A stretch of DNA of 38,472 bases from Promethearchaeota archaeon (lineage in GTDB: Archaea; Asgardarchaeota; Lokiarchaeia; Sigyniarchaeales; SOKP01), in assembly GCA_008080735.1 (NCBI GenBank), contig SHMW01000035.1, forward strand, positions 1-38,472, given 5' to 3'. Position numbers and translations under genes: made by a program. Of the stretch, positions 8,632 to 18,031 are shown one piece after another. Numbering within the stretch: position 1 is the stretch's first letter; each line of letters opens with the position of its first letter. Under the pieces are notes generated by a model that ran no database searches, was not told the DNA's origin, and worked only from the letters and a program-made list of their open reading frames with translations.

Positions 8632-10407
8632 TTATCCCGGAAGCCAAAAGAGATTAAATCCGAATTTAACGAAGGAAAGAATGAAGTTTCCCGCAACAAC
8701 AAATAAGGTAATTGCTCTTATAGCATTGAGTATTATTCGTTTTAATTTGCGTTTAGTATCATGCAAATATGTATAGGATACTTCTATGACTGTCCCTTTG
8801 TTTATTTTTGAATCCCCTGGGAGCTTCAAAGTAATTGTTGATGTAAATCCATCTCCAATCTCGTCAACAAGATCATAATTTTCTTTCCCCAATAATATTT
8901 CATTCCGCTCAGACCCATTTTCCTCTATAAATTGTATTGAATTGATTTGTTCCACGCGATATTCCGTCAATTCTAATTTGTTATCATCTGGATCAAACCT
9001 GAACTTATCTTTCTTTGACTTTATTTTCTCGTAATTCTCTCCCACCCCCCAATCAATGAATTCTTTCACGATTCGGTCCCCATCAAATACAGGAAGAGGA
9101 AGCATATTAAATAAAGTGAGACTAAATGCGATGGCAAACAACCAAAAGAGTTCTTGGCTCACGAAATAGGGCCAAAAATTAGTGAAAAATTGTCCAATTG
9201 CGTTCTTATACATGAATGAAGATGCACTTGTTATCCCCACATAAGGATCCCCACTTTTGACGGGATAGATGTAATCATCACCCCCTTCTGAGGTCAAATT
9301 AATTTCATTTAAGGTGAAATTGATCCGAAAGCTCCAAAAAGTTATCCCGTTTGAATAATTTATGAGCTCTCCATTGATTTTTGTAATATTTATGTTTATT
9401 TCTTGGGCATTTGTATAATTATAGGTAAGAATTATATATGTGTCGTAGATTTCGTACTTTAGGGGAATTTTGGGGCCTAAAGTAATGTTTTTTTCTATGA
9501 TCCCAGTAGCCGGATTGAAGAGTTTGAAGGTGAGTTTATCTCCTACGGATACATCTATCCCTTCTGTTTTGTTTTCAAGGATACTTGTTAAATCGATTCC
9601 CTGATACGCGTCTAAGGAAACATAATTGGCTTCAGAATCCGATGCGTGCTTGATAGCAAGAATCTGATCATTTACAGATATATTCCCATAATTATATCCC
9701 CCCTCTTGAATTGTTAAAACCTCTCGAATCTGAGGAACTTGTGAATAGAACGGGGAGATCATCAATGGCGCGGCAAGAATTAGCAAAAAACCAATCCCCG
9801 CGGTAATTGCATTCACATATGTACCCGCGGCACTGATTCGTAAACGTGTACCTCGTGAATATTTTTTAGAGTTTAATTGTTTCTCGTCTACTTCCACGAA
9901 AGCTCCAAACCCAATTAAAAAGAATAATCCTGCACCCAATACACCAGTTGATTCTATATTGACGTCATCTGCAGTTGCCGCAACACCATGCGCTAATTCA
10001 TGGGTTGTTACTATAAATAATAGCGGGAGTAGTAAATAGGCAAAGATCGGGAGATCCACCGTAACCCCGGGAATTAGGGGCGTTATTACGTTAGTAATTG
10101 AAGGACTGAATATTAAGCTAACAAAATTACTAAAAAAGAACCAGAATGCGAATATTGTAAAACTAAATGAGATAAATATACCAATAGTCCAAAAGACTTT
10201 CCAAAATCGAGGAGCTTTTTTGCCCAATTTATTAATAAATTTATTCAATCTCTTTGTCTTAAACATCGCTAAAAAAGGAAAAAAGACGTTATAGGCGTGT
10301 TTTCTATTACGGAGTGCGAGAACAAAGAGACCAACTATGCCCCAAAAAATCAAGGATACGATTGTCCATGGGTTTAATAAAAAATCAATTAAGAAATTAA
10401 GAGTCAT
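8632..10407 (-). CDS. Site-2 protease (M50 intramembrane metalloprotease) with large soluble inserts
   Basis: HELAH zinc motif, GAFVE, AAG..VN, NMLPLPVFDG; multiple TM segments. Confidence 0.92.
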   Translation of the reverse strand: MTLNFLIDFLLNPWTIVSLIFWGIVGLFVLALRNRKHAYNVFFPFLAMFKTKRLNKFINKLGKKAPRFWKVFWTIGIFISFSFTIFAFWFFFSNFVSLIFSPSITNVITPLIPGVTVDLPIFAYLLLPLLFIVTTHELAHGVAATADDVNIESTGVLGAGLFFLIGFGAFVEVDEKQLNSKKYSRGTRLRISAAGTYVNAITAGIGFLLILAAPLMISPFYSQVPQIREVLTIQEGGYNYGNISVNDQILAIKHASDSEANYVSLDAYQGIDLTSILENKTEGIDVSVGDKLTFKLFNPATGIIEKNITLGPKIPLKYEIYDTYIILTYNYTNAQEININITKINGELINYSNGITFWSFRINFTLNEINLTSEGGDDYIYPVKSGDPYVGITSASSFMYKNAIGQFFTNFWPYFVSQELFWLFAIAFSLTLFNMLPLPVFDGDRIVKEFIDWGVGENYEKIKSKKDKFRFDPDDNKLELTEYRVEQINSIQFIEENGSERNEILLGKENYDLVDEIGDGFTSTITLKLPGDSKINKGTVIEVSYTYLHDTKRKLKRIILNAIRAITLFVVAGNFILSFVKFGFNLFWLPG

Positions 10408-10702
10408 GTGAAATATCTAGAACAGACTATTTAAACTCTCAAATATAGAATTGAAATTAAATTTATTGTTTTTAATAAAACAAAAATCGATCATAAACTG
10501 AGGATATTATCAAAATTCTATTTATATATTCTGTATTTAATTGAAGGAGTGTTTGTTCATTCATTTTTCCCCGATAAGGATAATTACAACACAAATCGTA
10601 ATATTTCTGACATTTCTTTTCTTAACTCAATTTAATTTATCTTTAAGGATGGGTAGATTTTTCAATAAGTCATCTAAATAGATTGGGGTAAATAAGGAAA
10701 AA

Positions 10703-10809
10703 TGGTAGCGGGGGTTCGATTTGAACGAACGGTCTCAGGGTTATGAGCCCTGCGGCGTATTTAATAAGCGTAAACCGCTTGATTATAAACCAGGCTAGCC
10801 CACCCCGCT
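10703..10809 (-). tRNA. Initiator tRNA-Met(CAU) with a 28-nt intron in the D-arm (about 22/23; 10757-10784); CCA encoded
   Basis: AGCGGGG/CCCCGCU acceptor stem (A1-U72), anticodon stem CAGGG/CCCUG with three G-C pairs, loop CUCAUAA, T-arm GUUCG-UUCAAAU-CGAAC. Removing the intron restores a 79-nt cloverleaf. Confidence 0.93.
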
Positions 10810-11071
10810 ACGGTTGTGGAGTTAATTCAGATATACTTAGAAATATATGATAAATTTAATTTTGATTTACTTGTAAGAAAAATGAATTAAACATTTCTTA
10901 TATTTTTAATGCATATTACCTATGAGAAGAATTTCTAACTTAAAGTCTAAGATTTAGCAATATCTTCTATATCAAGGTGAATTCATAGGTTTGGAAGTTA
11001 ATAGTTAGGCTTTAAAACAATCTAATAAATATAATAATAGTAAAACATATCCGATAATTATCAGATGAAAT

Positions 11072-11818
11072 ATGAGTGAAACTGAAACCTATAAAAGATT
11101 TCCAGCAGTGAGATGCTGGATACATCATATAATGGAGGGAAACTATTCACCCGGAGATAAATCCCTTTATACGATTTTTGGTAAAGTAAAAAGAGTACGC
11201 ATAACGGCCACAATAATGGATAAGCGTGAAATACTTAGCACTCAGGAGAGTCAAGGGGATGATTTATTCGATGAGGATGAATCATCCAATATGAGAATAG
11301 AATTTGATTTAGATGATGGGACAGGGCTAATCCGTGCCACATTATGGCGTGTAGATCCAGAAAAATATGAGAAATTTTCAAAGGGAGATATTGTTGATGT
11401 GATTGGATTAATTCGCAAATGGAAAGAATTTGTATATGTATCGCCCGAGATTATGAAAACCATCGAGACCCCCAATTTCATCTTGCTGAGGGATGCAGAG
11501 ATAATAAAAAAGATACAAGATGGTGAGACAGCGGAGATTCCCGAAATTGGCGAGGCAGATGTGGAGATGGATGAGATGACTGATGAAATTGATATAGACT
11601 CCCTTTTTTCGGATGATGATGAGGAATTTCCTTCGATTAGAGATGAAATCATTTCAGTGGTTAAACAACATTCTAAGGGAGGGGAAGGAATTAGTTTTAA
11701 AGATTTAAAAGATAAATTAGGGATTTCAAAAGAAGAATTAAAAAATTATTTGCGAGATTTAGAGATGGAAATGGAAATCTATCAGTCAGAAGAAGGGATT
11801 TATCAGATTTATTCATAG
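11072..11818 (+). CDS. RPA2 (RPA32)-like ssDNA-binding subunit: OB fold, acidic linker, winged helix
   Basis: RVRITATI, LDDGTGLI and VDVIG OB motifs; D/E-rich linker; C-terminal wHTH (GISF..L...L.....L..L....EIY). Confidence 0.8.
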   Translation: MSETETYKRFPAVRCWIHHIMEGNYSPGDKSLYTIFGKVKRVRITATIMDKREILSTQESQGDDLFDEDESSNMRIEFDLDDGTGLIRATLWRVDPEKYEKFSKGDIVDVIGLIRKWKEFVYVSPEIMKTIETPNFILLRDAEIIKKIQDGETAEIPEIGEADVEMDEMTDEIDIDSLFSDDDEEFPSIRDEIISVVKQHSKGGEGISFKDLKDKLGISKEELKNYLRDLEMEMEIYQSEEGIYQIYS

Positions 11819-12003
11819 AAAACCTCATTATTGATTTTTAAATCTTTTCCGGAAAGAGGAAGGAAAATTATTTGGGTTCGAAATGGAAAATGCATTACCA
11901 TTATAATTCAAAAGTATTAATTTTAGGGTTTTATAACCATTAAATTATTTTTCCTTGATTGATTATTATAAATATAAAAATTATACCATCCTTAGTGAGA
12001 ATT

Positions 12004-12414
12004 ATGGACCTAAATAATTACGATGATTTGTTAAACAAAGCATATGATAAAATCCCAGAGAATGTAAAGCAGTCGAGCAGATTTGAAATTCCTAAAGTTG
12101 AGGTAAGATACGAAGGAAAAAATACCTATATTACGAATTTCAATAAAATATTAAATACACTAAACAGAGATAAAAAGCATTTTATTGGAATTTTTCTTAA
12201 GACTGCCGGTACTATGGGAGAGATTAGAGGAAATCAACTATTCTTAAAAAGCCGTTATAAATCGCATGTATTAGACAGATTAATTAGAGAATATGCAAAA
12301 GAATATGTATTGTGCGATATATGTAGTAAACCAGATACAAATATCGTCAAAGAAGGGAAGAAGGAATATTTAAAATGTACTGCGTGTGGTGCACGGACAG
12401 AGATTAAAGAATAA
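12004..12414 (+). CDS. eif2b: Translation initiation factor aIF-2 beta
   Basis: Y..LL.KAY, RFEIP, ITNF, YVLC..C.KPDT, C.ACGA. The ATG at 12004 is preferred over the TTG at 11959. Confidence 0.93.
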   Translation: MDLNNYDDLLNKAYDKIPENVKQSSRFEIPKVEVRYEGKNTYITNFNKILNTLNRDKKHFIGIFLKTAGTMGEIRGNQLFLKSRYKSHVLDRLIREYAKEYVLCDICSKPDTNIVKEGKKEYLKCTACGARTEIKE

Positions 12415-12432
12415 TAAAATCTGAATCAGATA

Positions 12433-12729
12433 ATGAAGGTATACATAAAAATCCACATCAGAAATGAAATAGAAACGGTGGCGTGTTGTGATAAGGATTT
12501 ACTTTGTAAAGTCTTCAAAGAAGGCAATTTGAGAATCGAAATTACGGACCAATTTTTTGGAGGCGAATTAGTTGATATATCGGAAGCAATCGCGATCCTG
12601 AAAGAAGCGTCTTACTTTAATATTGTCGGTGATAAAATCATAAAAGAGGCAATTGATTGTCAAATTCTTCCTAAGGAAGGGGTTCGTCGAATAAATGGTG
12701 TGCCTATGGCCTTAAAGATGATGTTCTGA
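12433..12729 (+). CDS. DUF424 family protein
   Basis: VACCD..LL, FFGG, NIVG, I.GVP motifs; typical position beside NMD3. Confidence 0.85.
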   Translation: MKVYIKIHIRNEIETVACCDKDLLCKVFKEGNLRIEITDQFFGGELVDISEAIAILKEASYFNIVGDKIIKEAIDCQILPKEGVRRINGVPMALKMMF

Positions 12730-13640
12730 TGCCTAATAGATTTTGTGCGATATGTGGGAAAGAAATTGACTCTTCCGCACCACATTACGGAATGTGTCTT
12801 GATTGTTATCTGAAAGAAAATCCTTTATTCGTATTGAAGGACTCTTTTTCGATTAATATATGCCTTGATTGTTTTAGTTATTCCAAAAAGCAAGATTGGT
12901 ATGAGCCAGAGGTAAAAGATAAATTCTATCTTTTAGAAGAAGCTTTAGAAAGATTTATCCTCAAACCATATCTGAAAAATGATAATGTCTTCTTTGAAAT
13001 GCAATTTGATGAGGAAAATTTTGAATATTCTTCGAAAGATCTTTTGAAAACTTTGAATGTTAAAATCATTGGGAGACTAAAGGAGAATCCACGGATTAAG
13101 CATACAGAGGAGATCCGAATCAATATAAATTATGAATTATGCGATAATTGTCAGAAAATTCGAGGGGGTTCTTATTATACCGCAATTATTCAACTAAGAG
13201 TGAATAGTGAGGAGGATCTTGATATTATTAATAATATATTAAAAGATATAGAACAATATACGGAAAAGTTATTTGAAAAGGAACCGAGGCATTTTATATC
13301 TCAAATAAAGGATCAGACGAATGGGATTGATTTATATCTGAGTACCAATGAACTTATGAATTATCTCATTACTTTTCTGAATAATAAATACCATTTTTTA
13401 CTAAAGAGATCAAAGAAATTGGTTGGCAGAGATAATCAGAAAGGGAAAAATGTATATAGATTGAAAGCTTCAATAAAAGTACTTCCAATCAATAAGGGAG
13501 ATACATTATTGATTAATAATAAAGAATATCTCGTGGACACAGTTTTAAAGAATAAGATAGTTTTAAAAGATAAGAAGGGAGAAAAAATAACCAAAAATTA
13601 TCAATTCTTTTTTAGTGCTGATTATAGAAAATTAAGCTAA
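12729..13640 (+). CDS. nmd3: NMD3 family ribosome biogenesis protein
   Basis: FC..CG, C..C pairs, C..C....G.YY.AIIQLR, GIDLY, KLVG.D..G...YR. Stop and start overlap (TGATG) with DUF424. Confidence 0.9.
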   Translation: MPNRFCAICGKEIDSSAPHYGMCLDCYLKENPLFVLKDSFSINICLDCFSYSKKQDWYEPEVKDKFYLLEEALERFILKPYLKNDNVFFEMQFDEENFEYSSKDLLKTLNVKIIGRLKENPRIKHTEEIRININYELCDNCQKIRGGSYYTAIIQLRVNSEEDLDIINNILKDIEQYTEKLFEKEPRHFISQIKDQTNGIDLYLSTNELMNYLITFLNNKYHFLLKRSKKLVGRDNQKGKNVYRLKASIKVLPINKGDTLLINNKEYLVDTVLKNKIVLKDKKGEKITKNYQFFFSADYRKLS

Positions 13641-13672
13641 TGTGAAATTTTTCTATGAGGTAGGTAAATTTT

Positions 13673-14482
13673 ATGAAAAAAGATGAAGAAAATGAAGAAT
13701 TTTATGAATTAAGTTCTCATGTTGATAATTTGATTAAAAAAAAAATTGACACTAAGCGAATAAGAGAAGTTGATAGATCAAAAAAGACCGCAGCTTTTGA
13801 ATCAGTCTTAGATGAGCGAACTATAACCCAACTACAGAAAATTTTAGATAAAGGAATATTAAATGATATTGAAGGAATTATTTCAGCGGGTAAAGAGGCA
13901 AATGTCTATTTAGGGTATGTTCAAAATAGTCATGAAGTTGCGATTAAGATCTATAAGATAGATAGCAATACATCACGATGGATGAAAAATTATATTATAG
14001 GAGATCCGAGATTTAAAAAAGTACCGAAAAATATTGCAAAAATAATATATTTATGGGCAAGTAAAGAATATAAAAACTTAAAAAGAGCGCAGAGAGCAGG
14101 ATTACGAGTACCTAAACCCATATATGTCAGAGATAATATCCTCATTATGGAATATATTGGTTTTGGTAGTATACCTGCCCCTAAATTAAAAGATATAGTA
14201 AACCCCATAAATAAAGAATTTCTGTTAAATGATATTTTGGATTTCATTAAGAATTTATATCAAAAATCTAAATTGGTTCATGGAGACTTATCCGAATTCA
14301 ATATTTTATATCATAATCAAAAACCTTTTTATATTGATATTTCTCAAGCAGTCTCAATAGAGCATCCGAAATCTGAGAAATATCTAGTACGAGATATTAA
14401 AAATGTCTTCCGATATTTCGAAAAATACAATATGGCATTACCTAACCCCGAAGATTTCTATTATGAGACTATTGAGGTTTAG
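13673..14482 (+). CDS. rio1: Rio1 serine/threonine kinase
   Basis: ISAGKEANVY, AIKIY, YI.GDPRF, WA.KE.KNL, LVHGDLSEFNIL, IDISQAV. Confidence 0.95.
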   Translation: MKKDEENEEFYELSSHVDNLIKKKIDTKRIREVDRSKKTAAFESVLDERTITQLQKILDKGILNDIEGIISAGKEANVYLGYVQNSHEVAIKIYKIDSNTSRWMKNYIIGDPRFKKVPKNIAKIIYLWASKEYKNLKRAQRAGLRVPKPIYVRDNILIMEYIGFGSIPAPKLKDIVNPINKEFLLNDILDFIKNLYQKSKLVHGDLSEFNILYHNQKPFYIDISQAVSIEHPKSEKYLVRDIKNVFRYFEKYNMALPNPEDFYYETIEV

Positions 14483-14582
14483 ATAAATATTATAGAGAGA
14501 TGAATTTGATAAGTAAGCAAGAATTATATTAAGTGCCATTTATATCGATATGTAATCCATAAAATGGAGCGAAATACAGATA

Positions 14583-15143
14583 ATGTTTAAATTGAATAAG
14601 GGCAGAATTGGGGTTGTGATTGGAACTGATGGAGAAACTAAAAGTCAGATTGAAAAAGATTTGGGTGTCGTTATAGAGATTGATAGTAAAACCGGTGATG
14701 TCGAAATAAAACCAGATATAGAAAGCGAGAATTATGATCCACTAAACCAACTCACTGCTAAAAAAATTATAAGGGCCATTAATAGAGGATTCAATCCAGA
14801 AAAAGCCTTGAGACTCAAAGATATGGATTATGAATTAGAGATATTTAATCTCGTTAAGATATTGGGGAGATCTGATAAAAAACTAAAAAGAATTAAAGGA
14901 CGTCTTATTGGACGAAATGGAGAGATTCGAAAAACTATAGAAAGGTATGCTGAATGTTTTGTCTCTATTTTTGGAAAAACTGTCTCTGTGATAGCGGACT
15001 ACGAAAATTTACAGATTGCGCGTAAGGCAATTAATATGATTATCAATGGGATGCCACACCACACAGTTCTACGTTTCCTTGAAGATAGGTATAGTGAAAA
15101 ACAAAAAGAAAGATTCCGAGAGATGTATAAACCAGAATTTTAA
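14583..15143 (+). CDS. Pre-rRNA processing KH-domain protein (Dim2/Pno1)
   Basis: RIG..IG..G, AI.RGF.PE.A, RIKGRLIG..G, G.PH..V; directly downstream of rio1. Confidence 0.9.
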   Translation: MFKLNKGRIGVVIGTDGETKSQIEKDLGVVIEIDSKTGDVEIKPDIESENYDPLNQLTAKKIIRAINRGFNPEKALRLKDMDYELEIFNLVKILGRSDKKLKRIKGRLIGRNGEIRKTIERYAECFVSIFGKTVSVIADYENLQIARKAINMIINGMPHHTVLRFLEDRYSEKQKERFREMYKPEF

Positions 15144-15512
15144 TTATTTCGATTTTATTCTATTTATGCAAGTTTTTACATCATTAAATAAATCTTTACC
15201 ATAGATAATTTCTTTTATTTCTCTAAATAAATCCTCCAACGTGAAAATTTGATTTATTGAAAAAATTTCCTTTTCCACTTGTTCATATGCTTCATTAAAT
15301 GAGACTTCAAAACTTTTGATTTCAAAAAAATCCTGTCCTTCTAATTTTGCGATAACAATATAGCGGGGATAAAGTGTTAATTCAGTTAATGATATGGACC
15401 AGCCATCAATAAAATATTGAATTTCGACCTTAAAAAAACATTTCCATTTATCCAAATATTCTAAAATGATCTTGATTTCTTTTTGAGATTTATTTGAATA
15501 CTTTATATTCAT
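15144..15512 (-). CDS. Hypothetical protein downstream of ftsZ
   Basis: 122-aa ORF that fills the gap exactly; no motif recognised. Confidence 0.65.
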   Translation of the reverse strand: MNIKYSNKSQKEIKIILEYLDKWKCFFKVEIQYFIDGWSISLTELTLYPRYIVIAKLEGQDFFEIKSFEVSFNEAYEQVEKEIFSINQIFTLEDLFREIKEIIYGKDLFNDVKTCINRIKSK

Positions 15513-15556
15513 ATAACTAGGTTATAAAAGAGGTATTAAAAATACAATAAATTCAT

Positions 15557-16663
15557 CTAATCAGAACTTATCTCGCTGATATTAAAGATTTCATCGGATA
15601 ATCCTACTTTTTCTTTTGAAATCGGTTGGTTAATATCCGATTCATCAGTATTTAATTCTTTTCCCAATATTTGGGGTGATTTAATTCCAGTTATCAATAA
15701 CATCACTCTTAAAAATCCTTCAAATTCATCACTCACCCTGGCACCCCAAATCACCATAGAATCTTTTACATCCATTTTTTCAGAAATTCTAGAAGCAACT
15801 GAATTGGCTTCCGCTAAAGTCATATCATTTCCTCCACATATATGTATTAGAGCACCTCGTGCACCAGATATATCAACATCCAGAAGGGGGGATCTTAACG
15901 CATCGTCAATAGCCTCTTCAACCCGATTCTCTTTTCCATTAGATTCTCCAACGCCCACAATAGTGACACCTCCAGTACCCAAGATTGTTTTTACATCTGC
16001 ATAATCTAAGTTTATAAGAGAAGGCATTGAAATTGTTTCTGTAATACCTTTTACCATAGTAGCCAAAACTTCATCAGCTACACTAAAAGCTTCTATTATT
16101 GGTAAATTAGGTGCAATTTCCAATAATTTATTGTTGTCAATTACTACTAAAGTATCCACATAATGTCTTAATTTCTGCAAACCCATTTGAGCATTATCAA
16201 TTCTGCCAATTTCCGATTCAAATGGTAGTGTCACAACCCCCACTACAATTGCACCTTCATTTTTCGCAATCTCTGCGATGATGGGTGCACTTCCGGTACC
16301 TGTTCCTCCTCCTTCTCCGCATGTGATAAAAACTAAATCAGATTCTCTCAAAATCTTTATGAGATCTTCTCGATCTTCCTCTGCAGCAGCTCTTCCTATC
16401 TTTGGATCACCTCCAGCCCCTAAACCACGAGTCAGGTTTTTTCCTATGAGTATCTTTATGTGAGATTCGATCATATCTAAATGTTGATGATCTGTGTTAA
16501 CTGCAACACACTTAGCGCCTTTTATACCAATTTTCATCAACCTATCTATCGTATTATTACCCGCACCACCAGCACCAACAATTTTAATATTTGCATAACC
16601 AATGTTTTGTCTATCTGGTCGCTGTATTGCTCTTTTTTTGGCGTTCTTAATAAATGATTCCAA
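15557..16663 (-). CDS. ftsZ: Cell division protein FtsZ (FtsZ2-like)
   Basis: GAGGAGNN, NTD, GLGAGG.P, GGGTGTG, PF..E..R. T7 loop PSLINLDYAD resembles archaeal FtsZ2. TTG start. Confidence 0.96.
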   Translation of the reverse strand: MESFIKNAKKRAIQRPDRQNIGYANIKIVGAGGAGNNTIDRLMKIGIKGAKCVAVNTDHQHLDMIESHIKILIGKNLTRGLGAGGDPKIGRAAAEEDREDLIKILRESDLVFITCGEGGGTGTGSAPIIAEIAKNEGAIVVGVVTLPFESEIGRIDNAQMGLQKLRHYVDTLVVIDNNKLLEIAPNLPIIEAFSVADEVLATMVKGITETISMPSLINLDYADVKTILGTGGVTIVGVGESNGKENRVEEAIDDALRSPLLDVDISGARGALIHICGGNDMTLAEANSVASRISEKMDVKDSMVIWGARVSDEFEGFLRVMLLITGIKSPQILGKELNTDESDINQPISKEKVGLSDEIFNISEISSD

Positions 16664-16792
16664 GGATAAATCACATATAATATTAAAATTTAGTTAAAAG
16701 AGAAGAAATAGAACAAGAATTAGAAATTATATAATACCCACATATTATCTAAATATTTTCAGAATAAAATGTATATATGTGAGATGAAAAAA

Positions 16793-18031
16793 TCAGATGG
16801 AAAAATCGTGCTGATTAGCAGGGTTGAATATTTCTTCATATTCATCTCCTTTAATATTAATTATAGTTGGCAATCGATAAGGAAATCTATTAGAAAAGGT
16901 AAGACAATACGCACCCACATTGGTAACGAGGACTTTATCATATAATTCTACTTGTTCAGTGAAAAAATAATCTTTTGCTAATACATCTTGATCAGTTGGA
17001 ATAATTCCAGCCAAATTTGTTTTATATTTATGTGATGCGTCAATTTTAGATACGTTATAAAATCTCAGAGAACATCGAGCAAATTTTGGACAAATATGAT
17101 TGCCGATATTTAGAAAGACCCATCGATTTTTAGCAATTTTAATGACATTTGCGATAAATATCCCCGAATCTCCGACAATATACCTTCCGGGTTCTACATA
17201 TATTTTCTCGATGTTGATATCTTTATTTTGTAAGGATGCATTTAATGCTTTAGCAATTCTAATTAGCTGTTTTTTAGGCATCACAGTTGCTTCTGGAAAA
17301 CCTCCACCAATGTTAATTCTTTTAATTTCAATACCATGTTTTTTGAGAATTTTTATTGCGTTAATTATAGTATCAAGATTTTCCAAGAATTGATTTACGT
17401 GGTTCATTTGAGTCCCATAATGAGAAAGAAGAGTGGTAAATTTAAGATTAGAGCACTTAGAAAAGGCTGTTTCTATACGGTTTGCATTCGTATCCGTTAT
17501 TTTTATACCTAATTTACTTTCATATTTCATGGAGTTGATTCTTAAGCAAATATTTTGAATTATATGATGTTTCTCTGCTATTTCTTGTACTCGTTCTAAA
17601 TCCTCAAGATTGTAAATAATTAACTCTTTTATCGAATGTTTTAAAGAGATTTCAATAAGATCATCTGGTAAGTAAGGACCTCCAACAATAATTCTTTCTG
17701 GAGAGAATCCTGCGTTTAAAGCCACTTTTAATTCGGGTAAGCTAATAATTTCTCCTCCCATTCGTTCTGAAGAGATAATATTGCAAATAGAAGGAAGATA
17801 ATTTGCCTTTAGAGAATAGAATCCTTCATATGTTTCAAAAATATTTCCAAAAACATCATTAAAATCACGAATATTATCTCGAATTCTGTTTTCGATAAAA
17901 ATCATTAAGGGTGTGTCAAAAAGATCTATTAATTCATGCAAATGATATGAATCAATAAAAATATCTTCATTATCTTGTCTAATATATGTATTTCCAGCAA
18001 TTTCTTTCATCTTAATATACCTCTTTTCCAT
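16793..18031 (-). CDS. Fold-type III PLP enzyme (LysA/ODC-like), divergent
   Basis: YSLKAN (PLP lysine), LRIN, SK.G, H.G.Q, NIGGGF, EPGR, GAY. The start may be the second ATG (about 18010). Confidence 0.82.
   Translation of the reverse strand: MEKRYIKMKEIAGNTYIRQDNEDIFIDSYHLHELIDLFDTPLMIFIENRIRDNIRDFNDVFGNIFETYEGFYSLKANYLPSICNIISSERMGGEIISLPELKVALNAGFSPERIIVGGPYLPDDLIEISLKHSIKELIIYNLEDLERVQEIAEKHHIIQNICLRINSMKYESKLGIKITDTNANRIETAFSKCSNLKFTTLLSHYGTQMNHVNQFLENLDTIINAIKILKKHGIEIKRINIGGGFPEATVMPKKQLIRIAKALNASLQNKDINIEKIYVEPGRYIVGDSGIFIANVIKIAKNRWVFLNIGNHICPKFARCSLRFYNVSKIDASHKYKTNLAGIIPTDQDVLAKDYFFTEQVELYDKVLVTNVGAYCLTFSNRFPYRLPTIINIKGDEYEEIFNPANQHDFSI

Noticed and set aside
11959-15143. aIF-2beta/DUF424/NMD3/Rio1/Dim2 cluster as a novel system
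   Set aside because: It is a known, conserved archaeal neighbourhood; the only deviation noted is the absence of aIF-1A before rio1.
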